Shown: positions 1 through 10,466, counted from the stretch's first letter. The stretch: 64,000 nt of DNA from Pseudomonadota bacterium (GCA_039186235.1 JBCDAE010000003.1:65934-129933); one strand, 5' to 3'. Numbers and translations: made by a program. The notes: generated by a model not told the origin, from the sequence alone.

Positions 1-1
1 C

Positions 2-625
2 CAAAGCCCGGAAAGCCTGTTCACGCATGTGGCGGGCCTCAAGACGGTGATCCCGGCGACGCCTCATGACGCCAAGGGGCTGCTGATCGCGTCGATCGAA
101 GACAACGACCCGGTCATCTTTTTCGAGCCCAAGCGGATTTATAACGGTCCGTTTTCGGGCTTTTACGACAAGCCGGTGGAGCCCTGGAAGAAGCACAAGG
201 ACAGCGTGGTGCCGGAAGGGTATTACCGCATCCCGCTGGGCAAGGCGCGCCACGTCACCGAAGGCGACGAAGTCACCGTGCTCGCCTATGGCACGATGGT
301 TCACGTGGCCGAAGCGGTGTGCGCGGACAAGGGTATCGAAGCCGATATTCTCGATCTGCGCACGCTGGTGCCGCTCGACATCGAAGCGATCGAAGCGTCG
401 GTCAAAAAGACCGGCAAGTGCCTGATCGTGCACGAAGCGACACGCACCAGCGGCTTTGGCGCCGAGCTTTCCGCGCTGGTAACCGAGCGTTGCTTTTACC
501 ACCTCGAAGCGCCGGTGGAGCGCGTCACCGGCTTTGATACGCCCTATCCGCACAGCTTGGAATGGGCGTATTTCCCGGGCCCCGTGCGTATCGGCGAGGC
601 TCTCGACAAGATTTTGAAAGACTGA
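2..625 (+). CDS. bkdA2: Branched-chain 2-oxoacid dehydrogenase E1 beta subunit (5' end outside window)
   Basis: Motifs DNDPVIFFEPKRIY, DLRTLVPLD, RVTGFDTPYPH; frame open to window edge; directly upstream of E2. Confidence 0.93.
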   Translation, partial: QSPESLFTHVAGLKTVIPATPHDAKGLLIASIEDNDPVIFFEPKRIYNGPFSGFYDKPVEPWKKHKDSVVPEGYYRIPLGKARHVTEGDEVTVLAYGTMVHVAEAVCADKGIEADILDLRTLVPLDIEAIEASVKKTGKCLIVHEATRTSGFGAELSALVTERCFYHLEAPVERVTGFDTPYPHSLEWAYFPGPVRIGEALDKILKD

Positions 626-629
626 CGCA

Positions 630-1886
630 ATGGCGACATTCACATTCAACATGCCCGATGTGGGCGAAGGCGTGGCCGAGGCGGAAATCGTCGAGTGGCA
701 CATCAAGGTGGGCGACGCGGTTGAGGAGGACCAGCACCTCGTCGATGTGATGACCGACAAGGCCACGATTGACATTGAAAGCCCGGTGACGGGCAAAGTG
801 CTCGAAGTGGCCGGCGATCTGGGCGACACGATCGCCGTTGGCTCGATGCTGCTCGTTATCGAAGTCGAAGGCGAGCAGGATGATCCCGCACCCGCCGAAG
901 AGACCCAGCCCGAACCCGCTGCTGAACCCGAGGTCAAAGCCGACCCGGAGCCCACTCCGGCTCCGGCACCGGCTCCTGCACCCGCGCCAGCCCCTGAGCC
1001 CGCTCCGGCGTCTGCAAAAGTTCTCGCCAGTCCGGCTGTGCGCCAACGCGCGAAAGATCTTGGTATCGACCTGGCCGAAGTCAGCCCCGCCGAAGATGGC
1101 CGCGTGCGTCACGGCGATCTTGACCAGTTCCTCGCCTATAATTCGGGCGGCGGCTTCTCGCCGGCGGGCGCGACCCGCGCCGACGAGACGATCAAGGTTA
1201 TTGGCCTGCGCAAACGCATCGCGCAAAACATGGCCGCCTCCAAGCGCCACATTCCGCACTTCACCTATGTCGAAGAATGCGATGTGACCGAGTTGGAGCG
1301 TATGCGCGGCGATCTGAACGCCAATCGCGGGCAAAAGCCAAAGCTGACCATGCTGCCGCTGCTGATCACCGCGATCTGCAAGAAACTACCTGATTTTCCG
1401 ATGATTAACGCGCGCTATGATGATGAGGCGCAAGTCGTGACCCGGCATGGCAGCGTTCATCTGGGCATGGCCACGCAAACCGATACCGGCCTTATCGTCC
1501 CCGTCATTCGCGACGCGCAGGCGCGCAATCTGTGGCAGCTGGCGAGCGAAATCGGTCGTTTGGCGGGCGCCGCGCGCGATGGGTCGGCCAAGTCGGAAGA
1601 GCTTTCTGGTTCGACACTGACCGTCACCTCGCTTGGGCCCTTGGGCGGGGTGGCCACCACGCCCGTCATCAACCGCCCTGAAGTCGCGATCATCGGCCCC
1701 AACCGCATTATTGAGCGCCCGATGTTCGTAACAGGGTCAGACGGTGTGGAGCGCGTGGAAAAGCGCAAGCTCATGAACATCTCGATCTCATGCGATCACC
1801 GCGTGGTCGATGGGTATGACGCGGCGAGCTTCATCCAGGAGATCAAAAAGCTGGTCGAAACCCCGGTTTTGCTGCTGTCGGATTGA
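630..1886 (+). CDS. bkdB: Dihydrolipoamide acyltransferase (E2) of BCKDH
   Basis: Lipoyl domain (MTDKATIDI), Pro/Ala linker, ASPAVR E3-binding motif, catalytic DHRVVDG. Confidence 0.93.
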   Translation: MATFTFNMPDVGEGVAEAEIVEWHIKVGDAVEEDQHLVDVMTDKATIDIESPVTGKVLEVAGDLGDTIAVGSMLLVIEVEGEQDDPAPAEETQPEPAAEPEVKADPEPTPAPAPAPAPAPAPEPAPASAKVLASPAVRQRAKDLGIDLAEVSPAEDGRVRHGDLDQFLAYNSGGGFSPAGATRADETIKVIGLRKRIAQNMAASKRHIPHFTYVEECDVTELERMRGDLNANRGQKPKLTMLPLLITAICKKLPDFPMINARYDDEAQVVTRHGSVHLGMATQTDTGLIVPVIRDAQARNLWQLASEIGRLAGAARDGSAKSEELSGSTLTVTSLGPLGGVATTPVINRPEVAIIGPNRIIERPMFVTGSDGVERVEKRKLMNISISCDHRVVDGYDAASFIQEIKKLVETPVLLLSD

Positions 1887-1986
1887 GGGACAAATAAAGT
1901 TTGAAATCGGGCTTTGAGTGCGTTGACAGCCTTGGCGCACTGCCTTAGAGGCCCGGCTTCCCAAGAGGCGCTAGCCGCTTAAATGC

Positions 1987-2063
1987 GCGGGTGTAGCTCA
2001 GTTGGTTAGAGTATCGGCCTGTCACGCCGAGGGTCGCGGGTTCGAGTCCCGTCACTCGCGCCA
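1987..2063 (+). tRNA. tRNA-Asp(GTC)
   Basis: Acceptor GCGGGTG/CACTCGC, anticodon arm TCGGC-CT-GTC-AC-GCCGA, TTCGA T-loop, encoded CCA. Confidence 0.97.
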
Positions 2064-2093
2064 CTTGGGACATTTCATCAATTTCGTTGACAC

Positions 2094-2148
2094 TCAACCA
2101 CCTGGTTGACTTTTCGCGCCTTGCCGTATTACTTAACCAAATGGTTGA
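2094..2148. promoter_or_regulatory. Two inverted repeats, probable ArsR-family autoregulatory operators
   Basis: TCAACCA-CC-TGGTTGA (2094-2109) and TTAACCA-AA-TGGTTGA (2133-2148); the second overlaps the ATG at 2141. Confidence 0.65.
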
Positions 2149-2464
2149 GCGAATCGACACTGTGTTCCGGGCCCTGGGCGATCCCATTCGCGTAGCGATG
2201 GTGGAGCGCCTCACCAAGGGACCGGCAAGCGTCGGAACGCTGGCGGAACCGCACGACATCTCACTCGCGGGCGCATCAAAGCATATTGGTGTTCTGGAAA
2301 GCGCAGGCCTCGTCGTGCGCGAAAAGCGAGGGCGCGAACGCATGTGCACGCTCCAACCCCTCGCGCTGATGACCGCGCGGGATTGGATCGAACGCTACAG
2401 TCAATTCTGGAACGAGCGCCTCGATGCGCTGGATGCCGCTTTGAGGGAGGATGGCGATGAGTGA
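2141..2464 (+). CDS. ArsR/SmtB family transcriptional regulator
   Basis: FRALGDPIR, wHTH ASKHIGVLESAGLV, GRER wing; coupled to SRPBCC gene. Confidence 0.9.
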   Translation: MVERIDTVFRALGDPIRVAMVERLTKGPASVGTLAEPHDISLAGASKHIGVLESAGLVVREKRGRERMCTLQPLALMTARDWIERYSQFWNERLDALDAALREDGDE

Positions 2465-2984
2465 TTATGGCAAGCAGATCGGCCCCGCCACGCTGGCTTT
2501 TGATCGGCGATTTGACGCGCCGATAGAGAAGGTCTGGCAGTTTCTGGTGGATCCAGAGAAACGCAAGCTGTGGTTTTGCGGCGGTGCAACGGGAGACGCG
2601 CCCGGAGGCGAAATCGTCTTTGACTTCGACCATCGGCGCCTCTCCGAAAGTGACCCTCCCGAGAAATACGCGGGCGAGGAGGTTGTCACACACCGCGGAG
2701 AGATCTTGGAATACGACCCACCGCGGCGTTTTGTCTTCACATGGTTTGAAAGCGCTGGGGAGCAGCAATCAACCGTTGCAATCGATCTCGCCGCTAACGC
2801 CGATGGAACGACGCAGCTATCGCTTGTGCATCAAGGCGTTGTGGAGCGTGATATCGTGCTTGGCGTACTCGCTGGATGGCATGGTCATTTTGATCTCTTG
2901 GCCGAGGTGCTGGTGGGACCACGCGAGACGGATTTCTGGGTTCGCGATCAAGAGCTTGAGGCTGAGTACGCCAAGAAAATCTAG
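2457..2984 (+). CDS. SRPBCC/Aha1 domain protein
   Basis: FDAPIEKVW, GEILEYDPPRRFVFTW, C-terminal GWHGHFDLL; overlaps ArsR stop. Confidence 0.88.
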   Translation: MSDYGKQIGPATLAFDRRFDAPIEKVWQFLVDPEKRKLWFCGGATGDAPGGEIVFDFDHRRLSESDPPEKYAGEEVVTHRGEILEYDPPRRFVFTWFESAGEQQSTVAIDLAANADGTTQLSLVHQGVVERDIVLGVLAGWHGHFDLLAEVLVGPRETDFWVRDQELEAEYAKKI

Positions 2985-3214
2985 CTTTTCTTGTCTGGAT
3001 GCGACCAACTGCCAGTTTCCATCCAGATTAGGAAACGGCCCAGAGGTAGCAGCCAGATGACACCGAGAACAACGTAAACAATGGTCTGCGCCCAACCGGG
3101 CCACGCGGCGAGGACATCGGCGAGGTAGACCGCAATCAGCACGCCATAGACCATCAGCGCTACGAACAGGCCGAGAATACCGATCGGGATTCGCCAGGTC
3201 GGAGTTTCGCGCAT
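2981..3214 (-). CDS. Small two-TM membrane protein (DUF2842-like)
   Basis: 77 aa, two hydrophobic helices, WLLPL motif; coupled to ygfA. Confidence 0.75.
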   Translation of the reverse strand: MRETPTWRIPIGILGLFVALMVYGVLIAVYLADVLAAWPGWAQTIVYVVLGVIWLLPLGRFLIWMETGSWSHPDKKS

Positions 3215-3795
3215 CAGAGATTTCCGTACATCCGGGTTGGGGTGACTACCGCGTCGAGCTTTATATCGTGCGGTTCGGTCGGGAGCGCGTCAGCGGGTTC
3301 AATCAACTGCACGTCCCACGCCAGTCCAATCGTTTTGACGTCGGGATGTTCCGCTAGCCAGCGATCATAATGCCCGCCGCCTTGTCCCAAACGCTGGCAA
3401 TGCGTGTTGAACGCGATCAATGGGACGAAAAGGACATCGGGTGTTGCGGAGGGCGCCGCAGCACCGGGTTGCGAAAGGCCAAAAGGTCCGCTTTCCAAAT
3501 CGCTTTCGGCAAACGCGTCGGAGTGCACCGCGAAACGCATCGGCGCTTTGGGGCCTTCGAAGTGGGGGAGGGCCAGAGTGTGGCCGTTCTCCTGAAAGAA
3601 CCGCGCGTAGCCCGCTGCGGGAGCTTCAGAAGAAGTGGCGTGGTAAAGGCCGATGACCGCGTTTTGCGGGATGGATCCCAAGATGGGCCGCGGCGGATGA
3701 TTGAATAACAGTCCGCGCACAGAGTCAGGCTGCGCGTTCACGTGCTCCCGGCGGGCGGCTCGCATTTGGTCTCTAAATTGCGATTTGGAAGTCAA
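3214..3795 (-). CDS. ygfA: 5-formyltetrahydrofolate cyclo-ligase
   Basis: LFVPLIAF..RLGQGGGHYDRWL, EPHDIKLDAVVTP; downstream of 6S RNA. Confidence 0.93.
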   Translation of the reverse strand: MTSKSQFRDQMRAARREHVNAQPDSVRGLLFNHPPRPILGSIPQNAVIGLYHATSSEAPAAGYARFFQENGHTLALPHFEGPKAPMRFAVHSDAFAESDLESGPFGLSQPGAAAPSATPDVLFVPLIAFNTHCQRLGQGGGHYDRWLAEHPDVKTIGLAWDVQLIEPADALPTEPHDIKLDAVVTPTRMYGNL

Positions 3796-3865
3796 AACGG
3801 GCCTTCTTGCAGGGATGACGGGACCACCATAGGTCGTTGCCAGAGAAATCCTCTGACGCCGAAAA

Positions 3866-3992
3866 CGTCAGGTGGGCGCCGTGTATCCGGGCCCCACAGC
3901 CGAACTGGTGGACCCAGACAGGGACAGCTCCCATGGATTGCTTATAGCCTCAGGGATATTCAATCGGCTCGTGCCGGGCAGCCCCGCCATCC
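3866..3992 (-). ncRNA. ssrS: 6S RNA (ends approximate)
   Basis: Canonical zapA-ssrS-ygfA position; minus strand contains GAATATCCCTGAGGCTATAAGCAATCCATGGGAGCTGTCCCT and complementary termini GGCGGGGCTGCC/GGCGCCCACC. Confidence 0.85.
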
Positions 3993-4020
3993 ACGCAATT
4001 AGGGTGTATCGCGGTGGTCT

Positions 4021-4560
4021 TCAAGCCGAACTGGGCTGGGCCGCGCTTTCCATGGCCGACGCCGCGGCCTCCGCTTTGTCGGCCAGCTTTTCGAGCGCAA
4101 TCGCAATCGCTTCTTCGTCGACCGGCGATCCGAACAGATCGTGTTGATGCTCGTTTGCCTCGCGCATCTGCATGATCTCTTCCTTGAGCGCCTTCACCTC
4201 GTCGCGCGCGCGTTTCTCGGCTTTTTGAAGAGTTTCGATCTCGGCGCGCAGCTCGGCCTTCTTGCCGCCGCCGCGAGACTTCTCGTGCTCCACTTTCGTG
4301 ACGGCGGTTTCCAGAGCTGTACGCGCGTCTTTCGCGGCCTTGTACGCCTCGCTTTCGCGCTTTCGCGTTTCGGAAAGATCATCGGCCAAGAACAGGGCGG
4401 TGAACAACAGATTGTCGGATTCCAGCGGCGCGCGAGCGGGGCCCAGCTGCGCGTACTTTTCCGCGATCATATCGCCCAGCGCGCTGATCCGGTCCTGCTC
4501 ACCTTCGCCGCAGCGGACTTGATAGGTCTTGGGGCCAATCTTGATCGAGACTTCGGGCAT
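4021..4560 (-). CDS. zapA: Cell division protein ZapA with C-terminal coiled-coil extension
   Basis: VSIKIGPKTYQVRCGEGEQDRI...LLFTALFLADDL; synteny with ssrS. Confidence 0.85.
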   Translation of the reverse strand: MPEVSIKIGPKTYQVRCGEGEQDRISALGDMIAEKYAQLGPARAPLESDNLLFTALFLADDLSETRKRESEAYKAAKDARTALETAVTKVEHEKSRGGGKKAELRAEIETLQKAEKRARDEVKALKEEIMQMREANEHQHDLFGSPVDEEAIAIALEKLADKAEAAASAMESAAQPSSA

Positions 4561-4568
4561 AGGCTGAC

Positions 4569-4820
4569 CTAACCCTCTAATTCTTCGATCAATGTGTCGA
4601 GATCGCGCAAGGTGTCCGATACCTCTTCTCGCAGCTTTTCATGCGCGTTGACCAGTTCCATCACGCGCGCGGCGCTTTCGGGTTCTGCGTTCGTTGTAGC
4701 CGCACTGCCCGATCCCGTGTTTGCGCCCGCAGCGGCGACTACCTCGACCCGCGCTTCGTCCATACGCGCCACCGCGGCCTCTATCCGCTCCACAGCTTTA
4801 TCAATCCGGCTCTCGCCCAT
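4569..4820 (-). CDS. Small coiled-coil hypothetical protein upstream of zapA
   Basis: 83-aa helical ORF 8 nt from zapA start, position typical of the alphaproteobacterial zapA operon. Confidence 0.7.
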   Translation of the reverse strand: MGESRIDKAVERIEAAVARMDEARVEVVAAAGANTGSGSAATTNAEPESAARVMELVNAHEKLREEVSDTLRDLDTLIEELEG

Positions 4821-5080
4821 GCATGTGGAAATACCAAGATTAACCATGCGATGCAAAGATTTGGGCGGCGCTGTTGATAACTGATCTTTGCCCTCATTTG
4901 GGCCGTCAATGGGCGCGTGGTGTTGACCTTGCCGAAACGCTCGGCAATGGCGGGCGCGACGAAATCTAATAGGATCGAATCGAAGCGTTTTTCGGCGTCA
5001 TCGTGACTCGCCGAAAAGGGGGAGATGGGACCTCATTTCCCTCCAGTGACGACCGACATGCTGGAGGCACATTCAAGCTC

Positions 5081-7060
5081 ATGACACTCGACGCCGCTCG
5101 CCTTGGTTCGATGGCCAACGCCATTCGCGCGCTTTCGATGGACGCTGTGCAAGCGGCGAATTCAGGGCACCCTGGAATGCCGATGGGCATGGCGGATGTG
5201 GCGAGCGTTCTGTACGCGCGTCATCTGAAATTTGACCCGGTCCGGCCCGACTGGGCGGATCGCGACCGATTTGTCCTGTCCGCCGGTCACGGCTCGATGC
5301 TCATTTATGCGCTCCTGCATCTCACCGGGTATGAGCGCCCGACTATGGACGATATTCGCAACTTCCGGCAGCTTGGAAGTCCGTGCGCTGGCCACCCTGA
5401 GAACTTCCTGCTCGATGGCGTGGAATGCACCACCGGCCCGCTGGGGCAGGGGTTAGCGATGGCGGTGGGCATGGCGATGGCCGAGCGCCACCTCAACGCG
5501 GTGTTTGGCGACGATCTTGTCGATCACCGCACCTGGGTCGTGGCGGGCGATGGATGCCTGATGGAAGGCATCAACCACGAAGCGATCGGGCTCGCTGGCC
5601 ACCTTCATCTCGGCGGGCTTAACGTTCTGTGGGACGACAACCGCATCACGATTGATGGGGCGACCGATCTTTCGACCAGCGAAGACGTGAAAGCGCGCTA
5701 CGCCGCGACGGGTTGGCACGTTTGTGAGTGCGATGGGCACGACTTCGCCGACATTGATCGCGCTCTTAATGAAGCGAAAGCCGATCCGCGTCCCTCGCTG
5801 GTGGCCTGCCGCACCGTGATCGGGAAGGGCGCGCCGACCAAACAGGGCACAAGCGCGACCCACGGCGCCGCCTTGGGCGAAGATGAAGTGGCGCGCACGC
5901 GCGGGGCGCTGGGATGGACGGCGGCTCCGTTTGGAGTTCCTGAGGATATTCTGGCGGATTGGCGATCCACTGGCGCGGCGGGTCGTGAGGCTTCGGCGGC
6001 GTGGGACGCGCGTCTCGCGGCTTCGCCGCACAAGGATGAGTTCGAGCGGCGCATGGCCGGCGACCTGCCCAACGGGAATGCCATGCAGGACTACGTCGCT
6101 TCGCTTATCGCGGAGCCCGCGAATGTCGCCAGCCGCAAGGCAAGCGAAATGGCTTTGGCCCAGATCAATCCGAGGCTTCCCGATACGCTCGGCGGAAGCG
6201 CGGACCTGACCGGATCGAACAACACCAAGGCGGGCGATATCGGTCCCTTTACAGCCGACGATTACTCCGGGCGCTACGTCTATTACGGCATCCGTGAATT
6301 CGGCATGGCCGCCGCGATGAACGGTATGGCGCTGCACGGGGGCGTGATCCCTTATGGGGGGACGTTCCTGGTCTTCACCGATTACGCGCGCGGTGCGATC
6401 CGCCTATCGGCTCTGCAACAAGCCCGCGTGATCTATGTGATGACGCATGATTCCATTGGTCTGGGCGAAGACGGGCCGACGCACCAGCCGGTCGAACACC
6501 TCGCTTCGCTGCGCGCCATGCCCAATGTGCTGGTGATGCGCCCCGGCGACGCGGTGGAAACCGCCGAGGCATGGCAAGTGGCACTCAGCCAGAAGGATCG
6601 CCCGACCATACTCGCGCTGTCCCGCCAAGGGCTTCCGCAATACCGCTTGGAAAGCGCGGATGAGAACCTGTCGGCACGTGGTGGGTACCGCGTTAAAGCG
6701 GCGGATGCGGCGCGTAAGGTCGTGATCCTCGCGACCGGGTCTGAAGTCGGCCTCGCGCTCGACAGCGCCAAGGCGCTCGAAGAGCAGGGCATTGGCGCGG
6801 ACGTCGTCTCCATGGTGTGCACCGAACTGTTCGACGAGCAGGAGGACGCTTATCGCGCCGGTCTTCTTCCGCAGGATTCGCTCATCGTGAGCCTCGAGGC
6901 GGCCAGCACGTTCGGGTGGCAGCGCTACACCGGCGCGGATGGTCTCAACATCGGTATCGACCGCTTCGGAGGGTCCGCGCCCGCCAAGGATCTTTTTGCC
7001 CATTTCGGCTTCACGGTCGAAGCGGTCACGGCACAAATTACAAACACTTTGAAAGCTTAA
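5081..7060 (+). CDS. tkt: Transketolase
   Basis: SGHPGMPMG, DRFVLSAGHGSMLIY, GDGCLMEG, THDSIGLGEDGPTHQPVEH. Confidence 0.98.
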   Translation: MTLDAARLGSMANAIRALSMDAVQAANSGHPGMPMGMADVASVLYARHLKFDPVRPDWADRDRFVLSAGHGSMLIYALLHLTGYERPTMDDIRNFRQLGSPCAGHPENFLLDGVECTTGPLGQGLAMAVGMAMAERHLNAVFGDDLVDHRTWVVAGDGCLMEGINHEAIGLAGHLHLGGLNVLWDDNRITIDGATDLSTSEDVKARYAATGWHVCECDGHDFADIDRALNEAKADPRPSLVACRTVIGKGAPTKQGTSATHGAALGEDEVARTRGALGWTAAPFGVPEDILADWRSTGAAGREASAAWDARLAASPHKDEFERRMAGDLPNGNAMQDYVASLIAEPANVASRKASEMALAQINPRLPDTLGGSADLTGSNNTKAGDIGPFTADDYSGRYVYYGIREFGMAAAMNGMALHGGVIPYGGTFLVFTDYARGAIRLSALQQARVIYVMTHDSIGLGEDGPTHQPVEHLASLRAMPNVLVMRPGDAVETAEAWQVALSQKDRPTILALSRQGLPQYRLESADENLSARGGYRVKAADAARKVVILATGSEVGLALDSAKALEEQGIGADVVSMVCTELFDEQEDAYRAGLLPQDSLIVSLEAASTFGWQRYTGADGLNIGIDRFGGSAPAKDLFAHFGFTVEAVTAQITNTLKA

Positions 7061-7075
7061 GCAGGAGTTTCTTAC

Positions 7076-8083
7076 ATGGCCACTAAAGTTGCCATCAACG
7101 GTTTTGGGCGCATCGGGCGCCTGGTTGCGCGCGCTATTCTGGAGCGCAGCGATCACGATCTGGACCTCGTTTCGATCAACGATCTTGCGGACACGAAAGC
7201 CAACGCGCTGCTGTTTCAATACGATTCCACCCACGGTCGTTTCCCCGGCACGGTGGAAGTTGCCGATGGCGCGATGGTCGTGAACGGAAAGAGCATCGCG
7301 GTCACCAGCGAGCGCGATCCCGGCAACCTGCCGCACTCCGCGCAAGGCGTCGACATTGTGCTCGAATGCACGGGCTTCTTCCAAAGCCACGAAGCGGCCG
7401 AACCGCATCTTCAGGCGGGTGCTAAGCGCGTCTTGATCTCTGCCCCAGCCAAGAACGTCTCGGCCACCATCGTGTACGGCGTGAACCACGAAACGCTTAC
7501 CGCCGAGGACGTTATCGTGTCCAACGCGAGCTGCACCACAAACTGCCTCGCCCCCGTGGCCAAGGTTCTCAACGACGCCGTCGGCATCGAGCGCGGTTTC
7601 ATGACCACAATCCACTCGTACACCAACGATCAGCGTATGCTGGATCAGATGCACAGCGACATGCGCCGTGCGCGTGGCGGGGCGCAGAACATGATCCCGA
7701 CAACAACCGGCGCGGCGCGCGCGGTGGGTCTGGTTCTACCCGAGCTCGCCGGCAAGCTGGATGGGTCGTCGGTGCGCGTTCCGACGCCGAATGTCTCGCT
7801 GGTCGATCTCGTGTTCACGCCCAAGCGCGACACCAGCGCCGAGGAACTCAACGCCGCGCTCAAAGCCGCCGCCAATGGCGCGATGAAGGGCGTGCTCGAC
7901 TACACCAGCGATCCGCTGGTCAGTTCCGACTTCAACCACCATCCGGCTAGCTCCACGGTCGACAGCCTTGAGACCAGTGTCATGGAAGGCAAGCTGGCGC
8001 GCGTGGTCAGCTGGTATGACAATGAATGGGGCTTCTCCAACCGCATGATCGACACCGCTGGTGTCATGGCGACATTCCTCTGA
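7076..8083 (+). CDS. gap: Glyceraldehyde-3-phosphate dehydrogenase
   Basis: [30 protein letters not shown]. Confidence 0.98.
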   Translation: MATKVAINGFGRIGRLVARAILERSDHDLDLVSINDLADTKANALLFQYDSTHGRFPGTVEVADGAMVVNGKSIAVTSERDPGNLPHSAQGVDIVLECTGFFQSHEAAEPHLQAGAKRVLISAPAKNVSATIVYGVNHETLTAEDVIVSNASCTTNCLAPVAKVLNDAVGIERGFMTTIHSYTNDQRMLDQMHSDMRRARGGAQNMIPTTTGAARAVGLVLPELAGKLDGSSVRVPTPNVSLVDLVFTPKRDTSAEELNAALKAAANGAMKGVLDYTSDPLVSSDFNHHPASSTVDSLETSVMEGKLARVVSWYDNEWGFSNRMIDTAGVMATFL

Positions 8084-8106
8084 TCGTTACATAAGGGGCG
8101 CGAGGG

Positions 8107-9306
8107 ATGGCGGCTTTCGAAACGCTGGACGATCTGGGCGATGTGACCGGCAAGGTCGCTCTCGTACGGGTCGATCTGAACCTGCCGATGAAGGATGGCT
8201 CGGCCACCGATGTGACGCGGGTCGAAGCGGTGAAGCCCACCATCCTCGAATTGAGTGAGCGCGGGGCAAAAGTCCTGATGCTCGCGCATTTCGGTCGCCC
8301 GAATGGGCAACGATCCTCGGTGCTTTCCACCAGCATGGTAGTGGGCGATGTCGAAGGTGTGCTGGGCAAGGAAATCATGTTCATACCCGAGGTGTCCGGC
8401 CCCGTGGTGGAACAGTCGATCGGCATCCTGCGGAACGGCGATATCGGCCTGCTCGACAACACGCGCTTTTGGCCGGGCGAGGAGTCCAACGATCCCGGGT
8501 TTGCCAAAGCGATCGCAGCCAACGGGGATTTTTACGTAAACGACGCCTTCAGCGCCGCGCACCGCGCGCACGCGACGACCGAGGGTTTGGCGCATCTCCT
8601 TCCGGCCTATGCAGGGCGGGCGATGGAGAAAGAGCTCCAGGCGCTCGACAGCGCGCTGGGCACTCCTGAGCCGCCCGTAGCTGCGGTTGTGGGGGGCGCG
8701 AAGGTGTCTACCAAACTGGCGGTGCTCGAAAACCTCGTGGGCCGCGTGCAGCACCTGATCATCGGTGGTGGGATGGCCAACACCTTCTTGGCGGCGCGCG
8801 GGGTCAGTGTGGGCAAGTCGCTGTGCGAACACGATCTCACCGACACCGCTTCCCGGATCATGGACGAGGCGGACCACGCAGGCTGCACGGTTCATCTGCC
8901 CTACGATGTCGTCGTGGCGAAGGAGTTTGCCGCGAATCCGGACAGCTTGCGCACCTGCAACGTGCACGAAGTCGCCGAAGACGAGATGATCCTCGATATC
9001 GGCCCGCAAGCCACCGAGGCGCTGGCTGATGTGCTCAAGACGTGCCGCACCCTTGTCTGGAACGGTCCGTTGGGCGCGTTCGAGACCGAACCGTTCGACG
9101 CGGCGACGATGACCTTGGCGCGCCATGTGGCGGCGCTGACGCTTGAAGATTCGCTTGTGAGCGTGGCCGGGGGCGGCGACACCGTCGCGGCTTTGGCGCA
9201 GGCCGGTGTGGCTCAGGATGTGAGCTACCTTTCCACCGCCGGGGGAGCGTTCCTCGAATGGATGGAAGGTAAGGTCTTGCCCGGTGTCGCGGCGCTGGAG
9301 CGATAG
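8107..9306 (+). CDS. pgk: Phosphoglycerate kinase
   Basis: RVDLNLP, VNDAFSAAHRAHA, GGAKVSTK, STAGGAFLEWMEG. Confidence 0.98.
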   Translation: MAAFETLDDLGDVTGKVALVRVDLNLPMKDGSATDVTRVEAVKPTILELSERGAKVLMLAHFGRPNGQRSSVLSTSMVVGDVEGVLGKEIMFIPEVSGPVVEQSIGILRNGDIGLLDNTRFWPGEESNDPGFAKAIAANGDFYVNDAFSAAHRAHATTEGLAHLLPAYAGRAMEKELQALDSALGTPEPPVAAVVGGAKVSTKLAVLENLVGRVQHLIIGGGMANTFLAARGVSVGKSLCEHDLTDTASRIMDEADHAGCTVHLPYDVVVAKEFAANPDSLRTCNVHEVAEDEMILDIGPQATEALADVLKTCRTLVWNGPLGAFETEPFDAATMTLARHVAALTLEDSLVSVAGGGDTVAALAQAGVAQDVSYLSTAGGAFLEWMEGKVLPGVAALER

Positions 9307-9317
9307 AAGGTTGCGCA

Positions 9318-9968
9318 ATGGCTGACACTCGGCTCCTTTTCGGCACACCCTTCGTCATTGATCAGCTGCAAAGCCCGGAGGGCCTGCAAGCGCTCAAGGA
9401 TGCGATTGTGGCCGAACAGGCGCGCGATCCCGGCGGTGTGAACATCTCGAATGTCGGTGGCTGGCATTCGAACACCGAGATGCTGAATTGGGGCGGGGAG
9501 GCGGCCAGAGCGCTCGCGTACAAGGCGATGACGTTGGCTGACGAAGCCACGATTGATATCGGCAGCCCCAATGCCAATCGCTACAGCTGGGTCCCGGAAA
9601 TGTGGGCCAATGTCAGTCAGGCGGGCAACGCGAATTTCCATCACACGCATCCGGGAAGCTTTTGGTCCGCGGTGGCGTATGTCGATGATGGCTATGAAGG
9701 GTCAACCGATCCGGCCCTGGGCGGCGAGCTGCAATTGCTCGATCCGCGCATGCCTATGATCCGCATGACGGCGCCGGATCTGCGCATGAAGGACGGCAGC
9801 GGCAAGCTGATGGACAACGAACCCAAACTGCGTCCGTCGACCGGTATGATCGTCATGTTCCCAAGCTGGCTGCAACACGCGGTGCGCGCCTTTCACGGCA
9901 CCGGCACGAGGATTTCGATTGCCATCAATCTCATCCCCGCGATGGCGAAAAAGGACGTCAAAGAGTGA
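9318..9968 (+). CDS. Putative 2OG-Fe(II) oxygenase (TIGR02466-like)
   Basis: SNVGGWHS, H-x-H (HTHPGSFWSAVAYV), distal His (WLQHAV), RISIAIN. Confidence 0.8.
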   Translation: MADTRLLFGTPFVIDQLQSPEGLQALKDAIVAEQARDPGGVNISNVGGWHSNTEMLNWGGEAARALAYKAMTLADEATIDIGSPNANRYSWVPEMWANVSQAGNANFHHTHPGSFWSAVAYVDDGYEGSTDPALGGELQLLDPRMPMIRMTAPDLRMKDGSGKLMDNEPKLRPSTGMIVMFPSWLQHAVRAFHGTGTRISIAINLIPAMAKKDVKE

Positions 9969-10027
9969 CCGCGTCTCAATTTTTGAGCATCGACAACCGT
10001 CAGTCATGCCGGAAAGAATTCTGACCG

Positions 10028-10456
10028 ATGGCCAACATTCCGGCCATGATTGACGAGCGCCAGAGGCGTTTCCTGTATTCCTGGATGCACCGCAATCCGG
10101 CTGATCTCAAAAAGCTGGCCTCGCGCGATTGCATGTTTGTCTTCGCCACTAATCCGCCGGAGGTGCTCGATCGGCCAAGCTTTACCGCGAGCGTCGAGAA
10201 CGATTTTCGATGCCTCGGATACCGAGTGGGCGAAAGCGTCGTTCGACGCCACGGACGGGCCGTATGGTTCACGGCGTCGGCCGACCTCGAACTGAAACTC
10301 GGCGCGCGAGAATGGCAGGGCCGGTTCCTGATGACGGGCCTTTGGAACAAGTTTCGGATCGGCGGCTGGAAGTTGGTCGAACACAGCCTTGCCCCGCTCG
10401 AGAACGACAAACGATTTGCAGACAGCGTGCGCCGTTTGCAGATGTGGCAAGGCTAG
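10028..10456 (+). CDS. NTF2-like (DUF4440-type) protein
   Basis: Length and pattern (MTGLW...GGWKLVEHSL) of SnoaL/NTF2 fold. Confidence 0.65.
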   Translation: MANIPAMIDERQRRFLYSWMHRNPADLKKLASRDCMFVFATNPPEVLDRPSFTASVENDFRCLGYRVGESVVRRHGRAVWFTASADLELKLGAREWQGRFLMTGLWNKFRIGGWKLVEHSLAPLENDKRFADSVRRLQMWQG

Positions 10457-10466
10457 GAGGCGAGAC

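Noticed and set aside
900-1020. CCGGCT/CCTGCA-type repeats
   Set aside because: They encode the normal Pro-Ala linker of the E2 subunit
4840-4847. TTAACCAT CtrA half-site upstream of the zapA operon
   Set aside because: Half-site only; too short to support
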